A stretch of DNA of 64,000 bases, from the NCBI RefSeq assembly GCF_009914755.1, contig NC_060926.1, one strand, 5' to 3'. The notes beneath the pieces are model-generated. The model saw only the letters and a program-made list of their open reading frames with translations, ran no database searches and was not told the origin of the DNA. The stretch is from the human T2T-CHM13v2.0 reference genome, Homo sapiens. Each line of letters starts with the position of its first letter. Position 1 is the stretch's first letter. Shown here one piece after another: positions 30,321 to 42,110 of the stretch. The position numbers were made by a program, and so were the translations under genes.

Positions 30321-31201
30321 TGCATAGAATGAACATGGGGTCAACTCTCCTCCGTAGCTCTCTTCCGCATGTGGGGGAAAGGGCCTAGTCTAACTGGCTT
30401 CTGTGATGCAGAATCCACTCTGCCTTATGGTCAGATAGGATATGTGGCCTATCTTAGAGGTATCCTTCCCATCTGGGTGAGATTAACATTAGGACACGGG
30501 ATGGAGTTTGGAATAAATACGACAACCACATACACGTCATCTCCAGGACTAAAAAGGCAGAAACCACATTTAGTAGGGGCATCTACTGGACAACAGAGAA
30601 AAAGAGACCACAGCAAAAACACTTTTTGTACTGCAGAATTATTTGATGAGTTACTACTACAGGACATTCCAGGTTTCCTAAAAGAAAATTTAATGATTGT
30701 TCAACAAGTTCCCAAAAGGGAGTAGGAAAAGGGAGTTGGAATCTCTTCCAAAGCAAAAAAGGAAGGGAGGTGACTTTAAATAATGCTTTAAAACCGGTTA
30801 GAAGTACACAATTTCATCCTTTAGTAATATTAGTCATGGCCACGCTCTAAAGGCGGGGTGAAACCTACTTGCCTGGAGGAAAAGGACGGGGTAGAAAAAC
30901 AAAGCAAAATAAAATCCATCAAACAAAAGTTTCTTCTTTTGGAAAGGGAGGGACTTCAAAATCATGACAGGCCAAATGCCTCCTCCTCTTTCTTGAAAAG
31001 CCCTCCAAGTCAGAAGCAAGCCTGAGAATAACAGCTGCTCTTAGGATGCTCAAAGCTCCTTGCAGCTGATTATTTTTCAGGAGGAGAATTAGACACAAAT
31101 AATACAAGTGGGAAATAAAGAGAATGACCTACTTTACAGGGGGGGTAAAAAGGAGCTCTGTGTGAGCGTTTTGATCTAATTGACGGTGTGGGGTTGCATG
31201 C

Positions 31202-31211
31202 CCAAATAAGG
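31202..31211. promoter_or_regulatory. Perfect CArG box (SRF site) CCAAATAAGG
   Basis: Exact CC(A/T)6GG match at the upstream edge of the island. Function is inferred. Confidence 0.5.
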
Positions 31212-32717
31212 CGCTGCTGGTCGGATCTGCGAGGGAGAGGGCACGTCTCAAACTCGAGGGAGAGGACGAGACAGCGAGAGGAACAGCGTCCGGGGCGACC
31301 CCCAGTCCACCGCGGGGGCCTGGCGCGCTTGGGGCAAAGGCCCTAGGAGACCCCTTCTGGCCACAAAATCGAGTATGACAGAAAAGGGCCAGCGGGGGCG
31401 CTTTCCTTCCAGGGCCACTTGCCGGAATGTAAGAGGGACGGAGAGACGTCCGGAAAAGGCTGCCACGCTCGGAGCGCTGCGCCAGGCCAGGCACCTAGGC
31501 CAGGGGAGCGGAGACCTCGTGGGAGCGGGCAGGGGGACCTTTCCCCTCTCCCGGGCTTCCACCCAGGCGCCTCCCCGCTGTGAACGCCGCCGCCCAGGTG
31601 AAGGGGAAACCGGCCACGTTTCCGGACCTCGGCGGGGCACACGGTCTCCGGTTTTCACCGGCTCTGTCTTGGAGCCCCGAAGGGCATCAGACAGCAGCCC
31701 CGGCACCCGGGGATTATTCCTGTACCTCTGCCTCCCTCCGCTTGGCGTTTGCGGGAACCTTGGTAAAATCCTCCCTGTTTCTCGCGCGCGCCTCTCTCTC
31801 CAGCTTCTTTTTCTTGGATTCTCGCCTGTCTCCTCCCACAGAGGAAAAAAAAAAAAAGGTCACGTATGTTTGGAAAAATATGTAGGTCAGTGGAACATTT
31901 CCTGCACTGGTGCAAAAGGAGAGGAGGGCAGCGGAGGAGGGGAGGGAGAGGCAGAGTGGAGCTCCAAGTGCCCGCTCCTGGCCGCAGCCCCACACCCCAC
32001 GTGCCCCTGCCGGGGAGGGGGGCAATTAGCCGGTTCCTTTCCATCCTTGACCCATTTTCCGGACCAGCTACGTTCGCCTTAGGACAGGCACTGGTTATTC
32101 CTCCCCAGCAGTCGCTGCTGTCCTCCGCCGACCACCGCTCGCCCGCATCTTCCCCGACCCCCGCCTCCCACCTGCCCCCGGGCCGCACCCCCGCCGCTCA
32201 TTGAGAAATCGCAGTGGTCCCCGCAGAGACGCGCTTTGTGCCCTGGGTCGAGACCTGCGCGCAACCCTGCCCCTGGAGGACAGTGTGGAGGGGGTGACAG
32301 TCGCGTGCTCGTCCCCCTTCATCCCCTGCGCGGGACAGCAGGGTGGCGGCCCGCACTGCGAGGGTCTACACTAGGCGGGGGCGGCAGATTCCTTGTTCCC
32401 CCCGAGTGACAACTTTAATGGGACCTCGGCTGGCAGCCTCTAGTCCACTTGCCTCTCCTCTGGGCCGGCTCACCTGGAAGCACAACCCCCCCCTCCCCCA
32501 GCCCCGGCGCCCAACCCCGACCCTGCGCCCCAGGCCCGACCCCGCCGCGCGTCCCTGGCAGCCCAGCAGAGGCTGCGGCGGCCTGGGGACTCGCGGGTGT
32601 CTGCGCCGCCCAGGGAAGCCGGGGGTCTAGGGGGCCGGGGGTCCGTCTGCCTGCGGCGCGCGCGGGGTGCTTGTCCCAGGCTGGGTCGGGGCCAGGAGAG
32701 ACCCCGCAGGCGGAGGC

Positions 32718-32815
32718 AGGCGAGGGGAGGAGGAGGAGGGTGGGGGTAGGAGGGGGAGGTGGAGAGGGAGGAGGGTGGAGGGAGGAGGCAGGGGAGGAGG
32801 CAGAGGCGGAGGCGG
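32718..32815 (+). promoter_or_regulatory. Purine/G-rich proximal promoter tract (G-quadruplex, Sp1/KLF/MAZ type)
   Basis: ggggaggaggaggagggtgggggtaggagggggaggtggagagggaggagggtggaggg has more than four G3+ runs. Confidence 0.65.
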
Positions 32816-32829
32816 CTCTCCCCGCCGGC

Positions 32830-33108
32830 TCTGCGTGCGGAAGAGTTTGCCGCGCGAGCAGCCGGCCTCTCGCAGGAGCCGAGGGACCCGCGCGGCTGCG
32901 GCCCAGGAGCGGCGGCCGCGGAGCCCGGAGACCCGCAGCCGCGGCGGCGGCGGCGGCGGCGGCAGCAGCTAGAGCAGCGCCTCCCGCCGCCGCCCGGGAG
33001 GAGCTCGCCGCGCCCGCTCGCCGCCTCGTCTCCCAGCGGCGGCGGGAGGCGCGTCTCCCCGGCCCAGTCCGCGCCCGGCCCCGCGGGGCCGCTCCGGCCC
33101 GCTCCGAG
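32830..33108 (+). other. Putative non-coding first exon (5'UTR) of an unidentified gene; TSS approximate
   Basis: Lies in the island core, contains no ATG and ends at a strong donor GAG|GTAAGG (GT at 33109-33110). About 30 kb of intron-like sequence follows. Confidence 0.72.
32941..32970 (+). repeat. (GCG)7(GCA)2GCT trinucleotide repeat in putative 5'UTR
   Basis: gcggcggcggcggcggcggcggcagcagct read directly. Confidence 0.95.
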
Positions 33109-33763
33109 GTAAGGGGCCGCGCCTAGGGGCGCGGGGGACCCAGGGTGGGTAGTACGTGCGCGCGGGGTCGCAGGACTCGGTCACCTGCTCGCCAGCGTGG
33201 AGGACGCGCGGGGGCGGAGGGGCGCTCAGGCGCGAGGCTGCGCGGCACCGGGGACCCCGGACGCGGGGGCGCGGAGAGGTGGGTTCCCCTCCACAGTCAG
33301 GCCGCTGGGGGCTTCGCGTCCTGCAGGAGGTAGCAATCGCTGGGCCGGTGGGCTCCGGGCGCGTCTCGACGCAGAAGACAGAGGACTGGGCATCCGAGCC
33401 TCGGAATTTGGGGGTCCTCGGGGTGTCCGACAGGGTGGAGAAGGATCGTGCCCCAGGGCAACAGCTTTGGGGATTGCCCGTGGTTGTCTTCGAGACCCAT
33501 CGCGCTACCCTCCGAAACGTCGGGCGTCCTGGACCCCCGGAGAGTGCGGCGTGCGCGCCCTGGGCCCGCGGTCTCTCGGAGTCCCTGGGTCGGAATTGGT
33601 TCCGGGCCGGATTGGGTGCGGAATCGGTGCCCCCAACCCCCGTGTGCGCAGACAGCGTGCAGCCTGGCTCCTCACGTCGCTGCCGCCCCCCCACCCCAAC
33701 TCCGGAGCTCCCCAGGTTGGATGTATGCGTATGGTTTTGTTGGGAGATGTGCCCCTTTCCCAG

Positions 33764-33893
33764 CCGAGGAGGGACGCACCTTTGACCTTTCTGAAGAGCT
33801 GGGCAGGTCGGTAACCAGGGAAGGGACAGGCACCACCCGGCTAAATTCAGAACCAGTCCCGCTCCTCTGCTTGCCACTCCTTAATTGCTCAAG
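33764..33893 (+). other. Candidate second 5' exon (alternative first exon or cassette)
   Basis: Strong donor AAG|GTAAGA (GT at 33894-33895) at the island's downstream edge. Possible acceptor gcccctttcccag| at 33763. Confidence 0.5.
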
Positions 33894-36619
33894 GTAAGAA
33901 AGTTTGTTTCAGCCCTGTGATTCATAAATAATTAGTAACTAGTTTTGTTGATTAAGCAAGATGGAAACCTTGAATATACGCACGCACTTCCACAAAGTCT
34001 AAACACTCCCGAGCTTGTGTCCGGGAGGCTTTAGTACGGAAAGTTAGAAGCCCTGGAGTTCAACAGGTGTTCAGGAGGGTCCCGGAGAGGAGTTTCGTCT
34101 TTACGCGTTGCTTTGGCATCCACCCCAACTTCATTAAAGTGGTTAGCCTGTTTTCCTACAGGTAAAACATTGATCACTTATTAAATTAACTTAATCAGCA
34201 GAGACGAGCTAAACCGTCTTGATCATTTAGAACCCAAACCTTATTTTCCTTAATAGAAAGGTTTTTCCTGTTTGAACTTCCCAGGTAATTAGTTCTAAAG
34301 TAGTTCCCAGCAAGACATCTCTGCCAGCATCTCTCTCTCACTGTAGCTTGGTCCCCATCAGTGAATTGACCAACTAATTATGGCTTGCATTAAACACAGA
34401 GCTGCCCTCCTTGGGAGGCACTGTTCACATTCAAGCGCACACACTAGCTCCATCTTCCTGCCACTAAGATGTCCTTAAAGGAAAAAGTTAGCCAAAAATA
34501 ACCCCCAAATAAATAGTGTAATGTTTAAAAGAGTTATCCTGACCTGCGCCACTATTTTATAAAAGCAAAAATTCAGTGTTTCATTACAGCGCTAAACCAG
34601 GACCAGTAGAAGTATTGGTATCTCTCAGCAGTCTACTTAAATATTTAGTTAAAAATAAAGTGTGCAAAGTAAAGACGTTCAGTAATTATCTTCCATCTCA
34701 CAGAGAGATGTGGAGTATGGCTTAGAAGAATTGTAAATGCGCTGCTTTTAGCCGTTTTCTTCTTGGAAATCGATGCCTCTATTTATTTGCTGATCTGTCC
34801 CACTGTGCGTAAATGTAGAATCGGTTTTATTCTCACTGCTTCCCAGAGGGGCTCCTGTGGAGGTGAAAGAAGGAAATACGTTCTAGAGGAAATATGTTAT
34901 TAATAAAACGTTACCCCCAAAGAGTTAACCACGCCAAAAATAACCAAGTGAGGCTTTACTAATTAGTGGTCTGATGAGAGAGTGTTCAGATGATGACTAA
35001 AGAATTGATCTTTATGTAGAAAACAACAATTGTTTTTAAGCTCATTTGGTTCTCTTAAAACAGTTTGGGCCCTTTAAAAAAATTTCTGGCTGTTTAATAA
35101 TGCAAATGATGAAAATCGTTAAAGATAACACATATAACCTGATGTGTGCCATGTTTAAGTTGAATTCACCCTATTTTTTTGAACAATCTTTCTTAACTCT
35201 TGGTAATCTTTATAGCTCACTCAACACTGCAACTTATTAGATTAAAAACTGAAAGTTAATTTTTTCAGAATAAAATAATAAGGCATGCGTATACTTTTTA
35301 ATTTAACCATCTTTATATGTTCATTTTTTCAGAGTCTTGCTTTTGAATCTTAAGAACCCAAAGGGCTAAGTCTTCTTTCTTAATTTTTAAAACAAGCATG
35401 TGTTTTGTTCTTTACATGAATCGTCGGTTCTCCCAGTGTGATCACGACACTGTCCCATGCTGATTCCATGCACGGTGCAACTCTTTCCCAAGAGAGGTCA
35501 GATTTCGAGGTGTTGAAAATAGCCCAGTGACTCAGTATTCTTGGCTGCTTTATGCCAACGGTTTAATTGGCTGCATCATAGCAAGCATCTAATTGAGTTT
35601 CACATTTAAATAGTGGATAGGGTACTTGGTGCATTATTTGCTTACAGAAGTGTCTGATTAGCATGTTCCTGATCCTCGTTCTATTTGTAGCAAAGATGGG
35701 AGGTCAGGGACTGTCACATTTCATATTCCCCACAGCATCTCATCTCGATGGGGCCTTGTTCAGAATAGATGCTCAGTAAATAGGTGTGGGAAATGAGCTG
35801 AATTGTTGGTGGTCACTATCCAAAGGTGAGAAATTTCTGAATGCTAATGGGGTACTTAACTATGAGTAATTCTATTTTAAATCTCAAGGTGATGATGATT
35901 AATAGTATCTCAGGGCACTAAATAAACATGTATTAAATATGAGCGTATGTTTAAAGGGGGAGTTTTTAATGCAGTCTTTAAGGCACAACTGCTTCTCACT
36001 TGAATTCTTTAACTGAGATTAAGGAGTCCTTGGCATTTTAAGCAAAGTCATTTCTTAGGTAAAGTTCCCCCAGAGACCACTTGAACTTTTGCAAGTCTTA
36101 AAACAATGGGTGGTTCCATTTGATGGTTCAGAATAGAAAGGAGAGTGTTGATCCTCTACACTGGTATGAAAAAAACTGTATAAGGAGATGGAGGATGCTG
36201 GATATCATAGTGCCCGAGAATCACCTGGGGCCCTTGTCAAACACAGATTCTAACTCAGGACACCTGGGAGAGGACCCGAGCTGCATTTCTCACAGCTACC
36301 AGATGCTGCACGCTGGCAAGGTTTTGGGATGCACTGAATCCAGTTCAGCATGTTTACTGAGCATATACCACATAGAGAGCCCAGATGATAAAAAAATGAG
36401 AAGATGGGTTGTACCTGCCCTTGAGGAGCTAACAAGGTGAGGTGGCAGGGAGAGAGAGAGGGATTGTAAACTGAAAATGAGGTTCTGGGATGCCATTCTC
36501 TGGGGTGGTGGCCAGAAAGGGGCCCAGGAAAGGAGAGTTGCTGGTAGGGCTTCCACATTGCTGACCTTGACCTGTAGTCATATTTGAATGGAGAGCCTTG
36601 TGACTTGGCAAGAAATAAA

Positions 36620-36800
36620 ATGCAGATTTTGAAGTCAGACAGACCTGGGGTAGCCTCCCAGCTCAGCTATGGCAACTTTTAACCTGAGACTCAGAGTCCT
36701 TGTCAGAAAAACAGTGCAAATGATGCTTACCTTGCCAAGTTTGTAGAATTACCAGTAAAGGACGCGTGTTAGGCCTAACAAAAGTGATTGCTTTTATTAC
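36620..36800 (+). mobile_element. MIR
   Basis: gattttgaagtcagacagacctggg...cccagctcagct...tgcttaccttgcc. Confidence 0.6.
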
Positions 36801-38224
36801 TGTTGATAGGAGAGAGGAGGCTGGAAAGCAAGGAGGACGAAGAGGTTACTAAAATATGTTCCATGTAGTTCACCAATTAGAGATTCAATTTGGTTTACCA
36901 GCAAACCCAAGGCCGGCCGTGGAGAACCGGGCCAGGGCTGGAGGGCAGGCAGCTGTGGAAGCTAATCAGAGGCAAAATGGAAAATTATTGGGAGCATGCT
37001 TATCTCCACCCTCTCCTGCAGTCCCTGGCTTCTGGTTTGCTTTGTTGATAGCCCTTCCTAGGATATTTTCATCTGAAGCTTTTCTTGGTACTTAAGCTGT
37101 AGGTTCTGTTGATCAAGACTGCTAGTGGCAATCAAGCGCTCTTTAAAAATGTAGTGGAGAGGACAAACACCTCTCCTCTTTGAGGGGCATTGGTCTATTC
37201 TGTGGTGGGTCACTTTCCAGGATCAAAGCCATCAATCTGTCTTTCCACCATAGTACGAGTTACTTGAAACTAGTGCCGAGCGTGTTGGAATTCACCTGGG
37301 GTGCCTTTTATGCTTTGCACTCTAAGATATTGCTTCCTCCTGCCATCTAGGAGAGATGGATATTGCAAGGCAATGGTGTCCTTCACCCTGATATTAGGAG
37401 GGGTCACCTGGGTGGCCCTGAAAACACTTCAACCAACATCACTCTGATTTTTTAAAATATATTTTGGGATTCCATTTATTATTTGCAAAGGCGATTTCTC
37501 TGCTACCATTTGCCTTCCACGCTCCCTGAAAGTAAATCTTGAAAACCAAGTTCTAAGAGAATGGCAATGGCAGTTTGATGTTTAGGGGGAAGGAAAAGCA
37601 GAGGAACCCCCTGGAGCCAAGGCAGGCCTGGGTGAGGGTGGAGACGAGAGAGGGAAAGGAAGGCATCGTCAGGCATGGGAGTACCAGGATGGAAATGGGA
37701 GCAGTGGTGGGGGCTGAAGCTGAGAGGTTGGACCCTAGGACTCAATTTGTGGACTTTGTTGCTTTGCTGAAGGCCGTGGCAGATAATGTTCCCAGACCAC
37801 TGAAAATCATCCAGGCTTCCAGAAAACACAGGCCCATCTAAAGACAGACAGGTGACGAGGTGACAGAACCTAGTGGCGTGATTCTTCTAGCCTCTTCTGA
37901 GCCAAAAATGACATGCACAATTTTATGAATGATATTTGTGCCCCTTGGTGATAAAATATTAAGAGCTCGAGGTCATCTGAAAATTATTGGTTTTTTGTTT
38001 ATAAAAGTACATAGTTTTTGGAAAAGATAGAAAAGAAGGAAAAAACCCCACAATTTCAAGATATATTTTCCGTTCAGTGTTTTTTCTATGCATTGAAATA
38101 TTTTTATATTAGTTTATCTTAAAAAGCACATGGATATAATCTTGTAAAAATTTTCAAATAGCACAGAACCATTTCTAGTAGAAAGAAAAAAAATTCCCTT
38201 CATCCTTGTGGCCTACCCATAATC

Positions 38225-38750
38225 ATCGCCCTATCTTTTATTTGCCTAGCAGAAACTGGATTTTGTACAGTAGACTGCCAACCCACACCTGCCTCTGGAG
38301 GTTTATCAGATTGGCCACTCAACCCTGGTGAGGGTGGGGCTGCTGCCCTTGCCAGTGACTGGCTCAGGGTGAGCATGCGGACCCTGTTCTAGCCAATAAA
38401 ATGTGAGGGTGGGCCACTGGGAGGCTTCTGGGAAAGTTTCCCTGCTCTCAAAAGAGACAAGGAAGGAAACAGTCCTTTCCTTCCACTAGATACTGTGATA
38501 TGTGGCCATAATGCCTGCAAACTGGGCAGCCATCAGCCACCAGAGGGGCTGGGCCAGGTCTCAGCTGACCTGCGGAAGAATGCAAAGGTGAAGAAGGGCA
38601 GGGGGCGGGGAGGTCTCCGTGGTGCCCTTGACTTTCTGAATTACACAAAGAAGAGTCTGTTTTTGAACATGTGTGAGATCATGAAACCATTACCAGATGA
38701 AGCAAACTGAGCTAGTTTTTCTGTTGTAGCCAAAAGCATCCCATAACTCT
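38225..38750 (+). mobile_element. Old MaLR LTR (MLT1J/K-like)
   Basis: cccttgccagtgactggctcagggtgagcatg...ttctagccaataaaatgtgagg...gaggcttctgggaaagtttcc...ggcagccatc...gtagccaaaagcatcc. Confidence 0.7.
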
Positions 38751-38855
38751 CCACCTTTCTCAGGAGGTAATGACTGATAACCATGGGGCATGTTCTGCTA
38801 GTCATTTTTGGCGCATTTACATATACACACACATATGTACACTTTTAAAAACTAA

Positions 38856-39170
<315 letters not shown>

Positions 39171-41568
39171 ACTGAACTCATTTTATGTATATTATTTAGC
39201 AACTTAATATGGCATGGATTTTTAATGACATACCTTTTTCTTTATTTTTAAAGGCTACAGAGTATTATTCAGAAGTACAAATAGGACGTTATTTAACCCA
39301 TCCCTATTAATAAATAATCTATTGAGTTGACTGTTACAGTTTTTGTATTAACTTCCTTATCTGTATATCTTTATGTACATTTCAAGATTTTCTAGGTCAG
39401 GGATTATTAGGCCTGGGTAAAGGCACACCTGTTTGAAATATTGATAGATGCTGCCAAATTGGGGGCTAAAAAAAGCTATGCCTGTTAACCTCCCCATCTA
39501 CAGTGTGTAAGGCCGCCTTGTCTCCATATCTTAACTAACACAAGATATTTTCCAGCTTTTAAATCTTTTTTGTGCATTTTCACATGTTTGAGGTAGTACC
39601 ATTTATAGTTTTCTATTCTGATTGTTTTGACGTGAACATAAGCATTTTTCCATGACATAAACAATTTAAATTAAATTTTATTGGCTACATAATAGTTATA
39701 CTTGTTTTGGGAGTGTATCGATGGTACATGAAGACGCAAAGGGAAATATTTGAAATAGAGGTTGTCTATGAAAATTAAGTGGCTATGATCGACCTTGCAG
39801 TAAACCTGAAAGATTTTCTGGAAATGGTGTTGGGAGACACACCCCTCCAGTGATATGTTTCCAAGAAAACCCTGAGGAGATGACCTTCCAGGCCTTTCTC
39901 AATCCAGTCAGATGGTAGGCTGCCCCAAGCATTTCTAAGAAGCTTTGTTGCTTTTAGAATCCATCAGATTTACAGTCAGACAGGTTCTAAATTCAGTTCT
40001 CTGAATGTACAGTAGTTACGTAAACACTTCGTACATTGCATGAGACAGCTGAAAAGTAAATTTGCTGTATTCTTTTAATTTTTTCGACTTTTATTTTAGA
40101 TTCAGGGGATACATGTGCAGGTTTGTTACCTGGGTATATTGCATGATACTGAGGTGTGGGGTATGAATGATCCTATCACCCAGGTACTGATGTAGTACCC
40201 AATAGTTAGGTTTTCAGTCCTTATCCCCTGGCTCCCTGCTCCCTCCAGTAGTCTTCAGTACCTGTTGTTGCCATCTTTATGTCCACAAGTACCCAATGTT
40301 TAGCTACCACTTATAAGTGAGAACATGCAGTATTTGGTTTTCTATTTCTGCATTAATTCACTTAGGATAATGGCCTCCAGCTGCATCCACGTTGCTGTAA
40401 AGGACATGGCTTCATTCTTTTTATGGCTGCATAGTATTCCATAGTATATATGTAACACATTTTCTTTATCCAGTTCACTGTTGATGGGCATCTAGGTTGA
40501 TTCCATGTCCAGTAGACATGGACATGGAATCACGATTGCTATTGTGAATAGTGCTGTGATGAACATGTGAATGCATATATCTTTTTGGTAAAATGATTTG
40601 TTTTCTTTTGGATAGATACTACTATCAGTAGTGGGATGGCTGGGTCAAATTAGTAGCTCTGTTTTAAGTTCTTTGAGAAAGCTCCAAACTGCATTCCACA
40701 GTGGCTGAACTAATTTACATTCCAGTCAACAGTGCATTAGTGTTCTCTTGTCTCCACAGTCTCTCCAGCATGTGTTTTTTGACTTTTTAGTAATAGCCAT
40801 TCTGGCTGGTGTGAGATGGTACCTTATTGAGGTTTTGATTTGCATTTATCTGATGATTAGTGATATGGAGCATTTTTTTCATGTTTGTATGTCTTCTTTT
40901 GAGAAGTGTCTGTTCATGTATTTTGCCTATTTTTAAATATGGTTTTTGTTTTTTTTGCTTGTTCAGTTGTTTAAGTTCCTTATAGATTCTGGATATTAGA
41001 CCTTTGTTGAATGAATAGTTTGTAAATATGTTCTCCCATTTATGTAGGTTGTCTGTTTACTCTGTTGATAGGTTCTTTTTCTGTGCAGAAGCTCTTTAGT
41101 TTAATTAGGTCCCACTTGTTAATTTTTGTTTTTGTTGCAATGGCTTTTGAGGACTTTCTTTCCCAAGGCCAGTGTCCAGACTGATGTTTCCTAGGCTTTT
41201 CTCTAGGATTCTTATGATTGAAGTCTTACATTTAAATCCTTAATTCATCTTCAGTTAATTTTTGTATATGGTGAAAGGTAGGGGTCCAGTTTCATTCTTC
41301 TGCATATGGCTAGCTAAATATCCTAGCCCCATTTACTGAAGAGAGAGTCCTTTCCCCATTGCTTATTTTTGTCAACTTTGTTGATGCTCAGATGGCTGCA
41401 GGTGTGTGGCTTTATTTCTGAGTCCTCTCTTCTATTCCATTGGTATATGTGCCTGTTTTTGTACCAGTACCATGCTGTTTTGGTTACTGTAGCCTTATAG
41501 TATAGTTAGAAGTTGGGTAATATGATGTCTCCAGCTTCGTTCTTTCTGCTTAGGATTCCTTTGGCTAT

Positions 41569-41805
41569 TCAAGCTCTTTTTTGGTTCCCTATGAATTTTA
41601 GAAGAGTTTTTTCTAGTTCTGTGAAAAATGACATTGGTTGTTTGATAGGAATAGCACTGAATCTGTAGATTGCTTTGGGCAGTATGAGCATTTTAATAAT
41701 ATTGATTCTTCCAATCCATGAGCATGGAATGTTTCTCCATTTGTTTCTGTCATCTATGTTTTCTTTTAGAAGTGTTTTATAGTTCTCATTGTAGAGATCT
41801 TTCAC
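41569..41805 (-). pseudogene. Decayed LINE-1 ORF2p segment (C-terminal to the RT domain)
   Basis: Translation [14 protein letters not shown]...[34 protein letters not shown]...FFTELEK is characteristic ORF2p. Confidence 0.93.
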
Positions 41806-41869
41806 CTCTTTGGTTAGCTGTATTCCTATGTATTTTATATTTTAATGGCTGCTGCAAATGGAACTGTGT

Positions 41870-42110
41870 GTGTTTTGTTGTTTTTTTTTTTTTTTTGAGA
41901 CAGAGTCTCATTCTGTCGCCCAGGCTGGATTGCAGTGGCGCAATCTCAGCTCACTACAACCTCAGCCTCCTGAGTAGTTGGGACTACAGGCACGCACCAC
42001 CATGCCTGGCTAATTTTTGTATTTTTAGTAGAGATGAGGTTTTGCCATGTTGGCCAGGCTGGTCTCGAACTCCTGACCTCAAGTGATCCGCCCGCCTGAT
42101 CCCAGCACTT
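41870..42110 (-). mobile_element. Alu (S-type), 5'-truncated with short inversion and right-arm deletion
   Basis: Antisense Alu ending ...gatccgcccgcct, then sense-orientation atcccagcactt. TSD tggaactgtgt on both sides. Confidence 0.9.

Larger units (their letters stand above)
31150..33850. promoter_or_regulatory. CpG island promoter
   Basis: Abrupt rise in GC and CpG density with no repeats. Contains GC boxes, ETS GCGGAAG (32837-32843), E-box CACGTG (31998-32003) and a GGAG-rich tract just before the exon. Confidence 0.93.

Noticed and set aside
31386-31402. CTCF-like motif ggccagcgggggcgct
   Set aside because: One base short of the CCASYAGRKGGCRS spacing; such near matches are common in GC-rich DNA.
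32830-33108. Assigning a gene symbol to the first exon
   Set aside because: No coding exon in the window and I do not reliably recognise the UTR; a BLAT search against the human genome would settle it.
31375-33877. Long ORFs of 177-302 aa on both strands in the CpG island, including a polyAla ORF
   Set aside because: They mostly start at non-ATG codons, are Arg/Gly/Pro/Ala-rich as expected from high GC, show no recognisable domain and run through splice donors.
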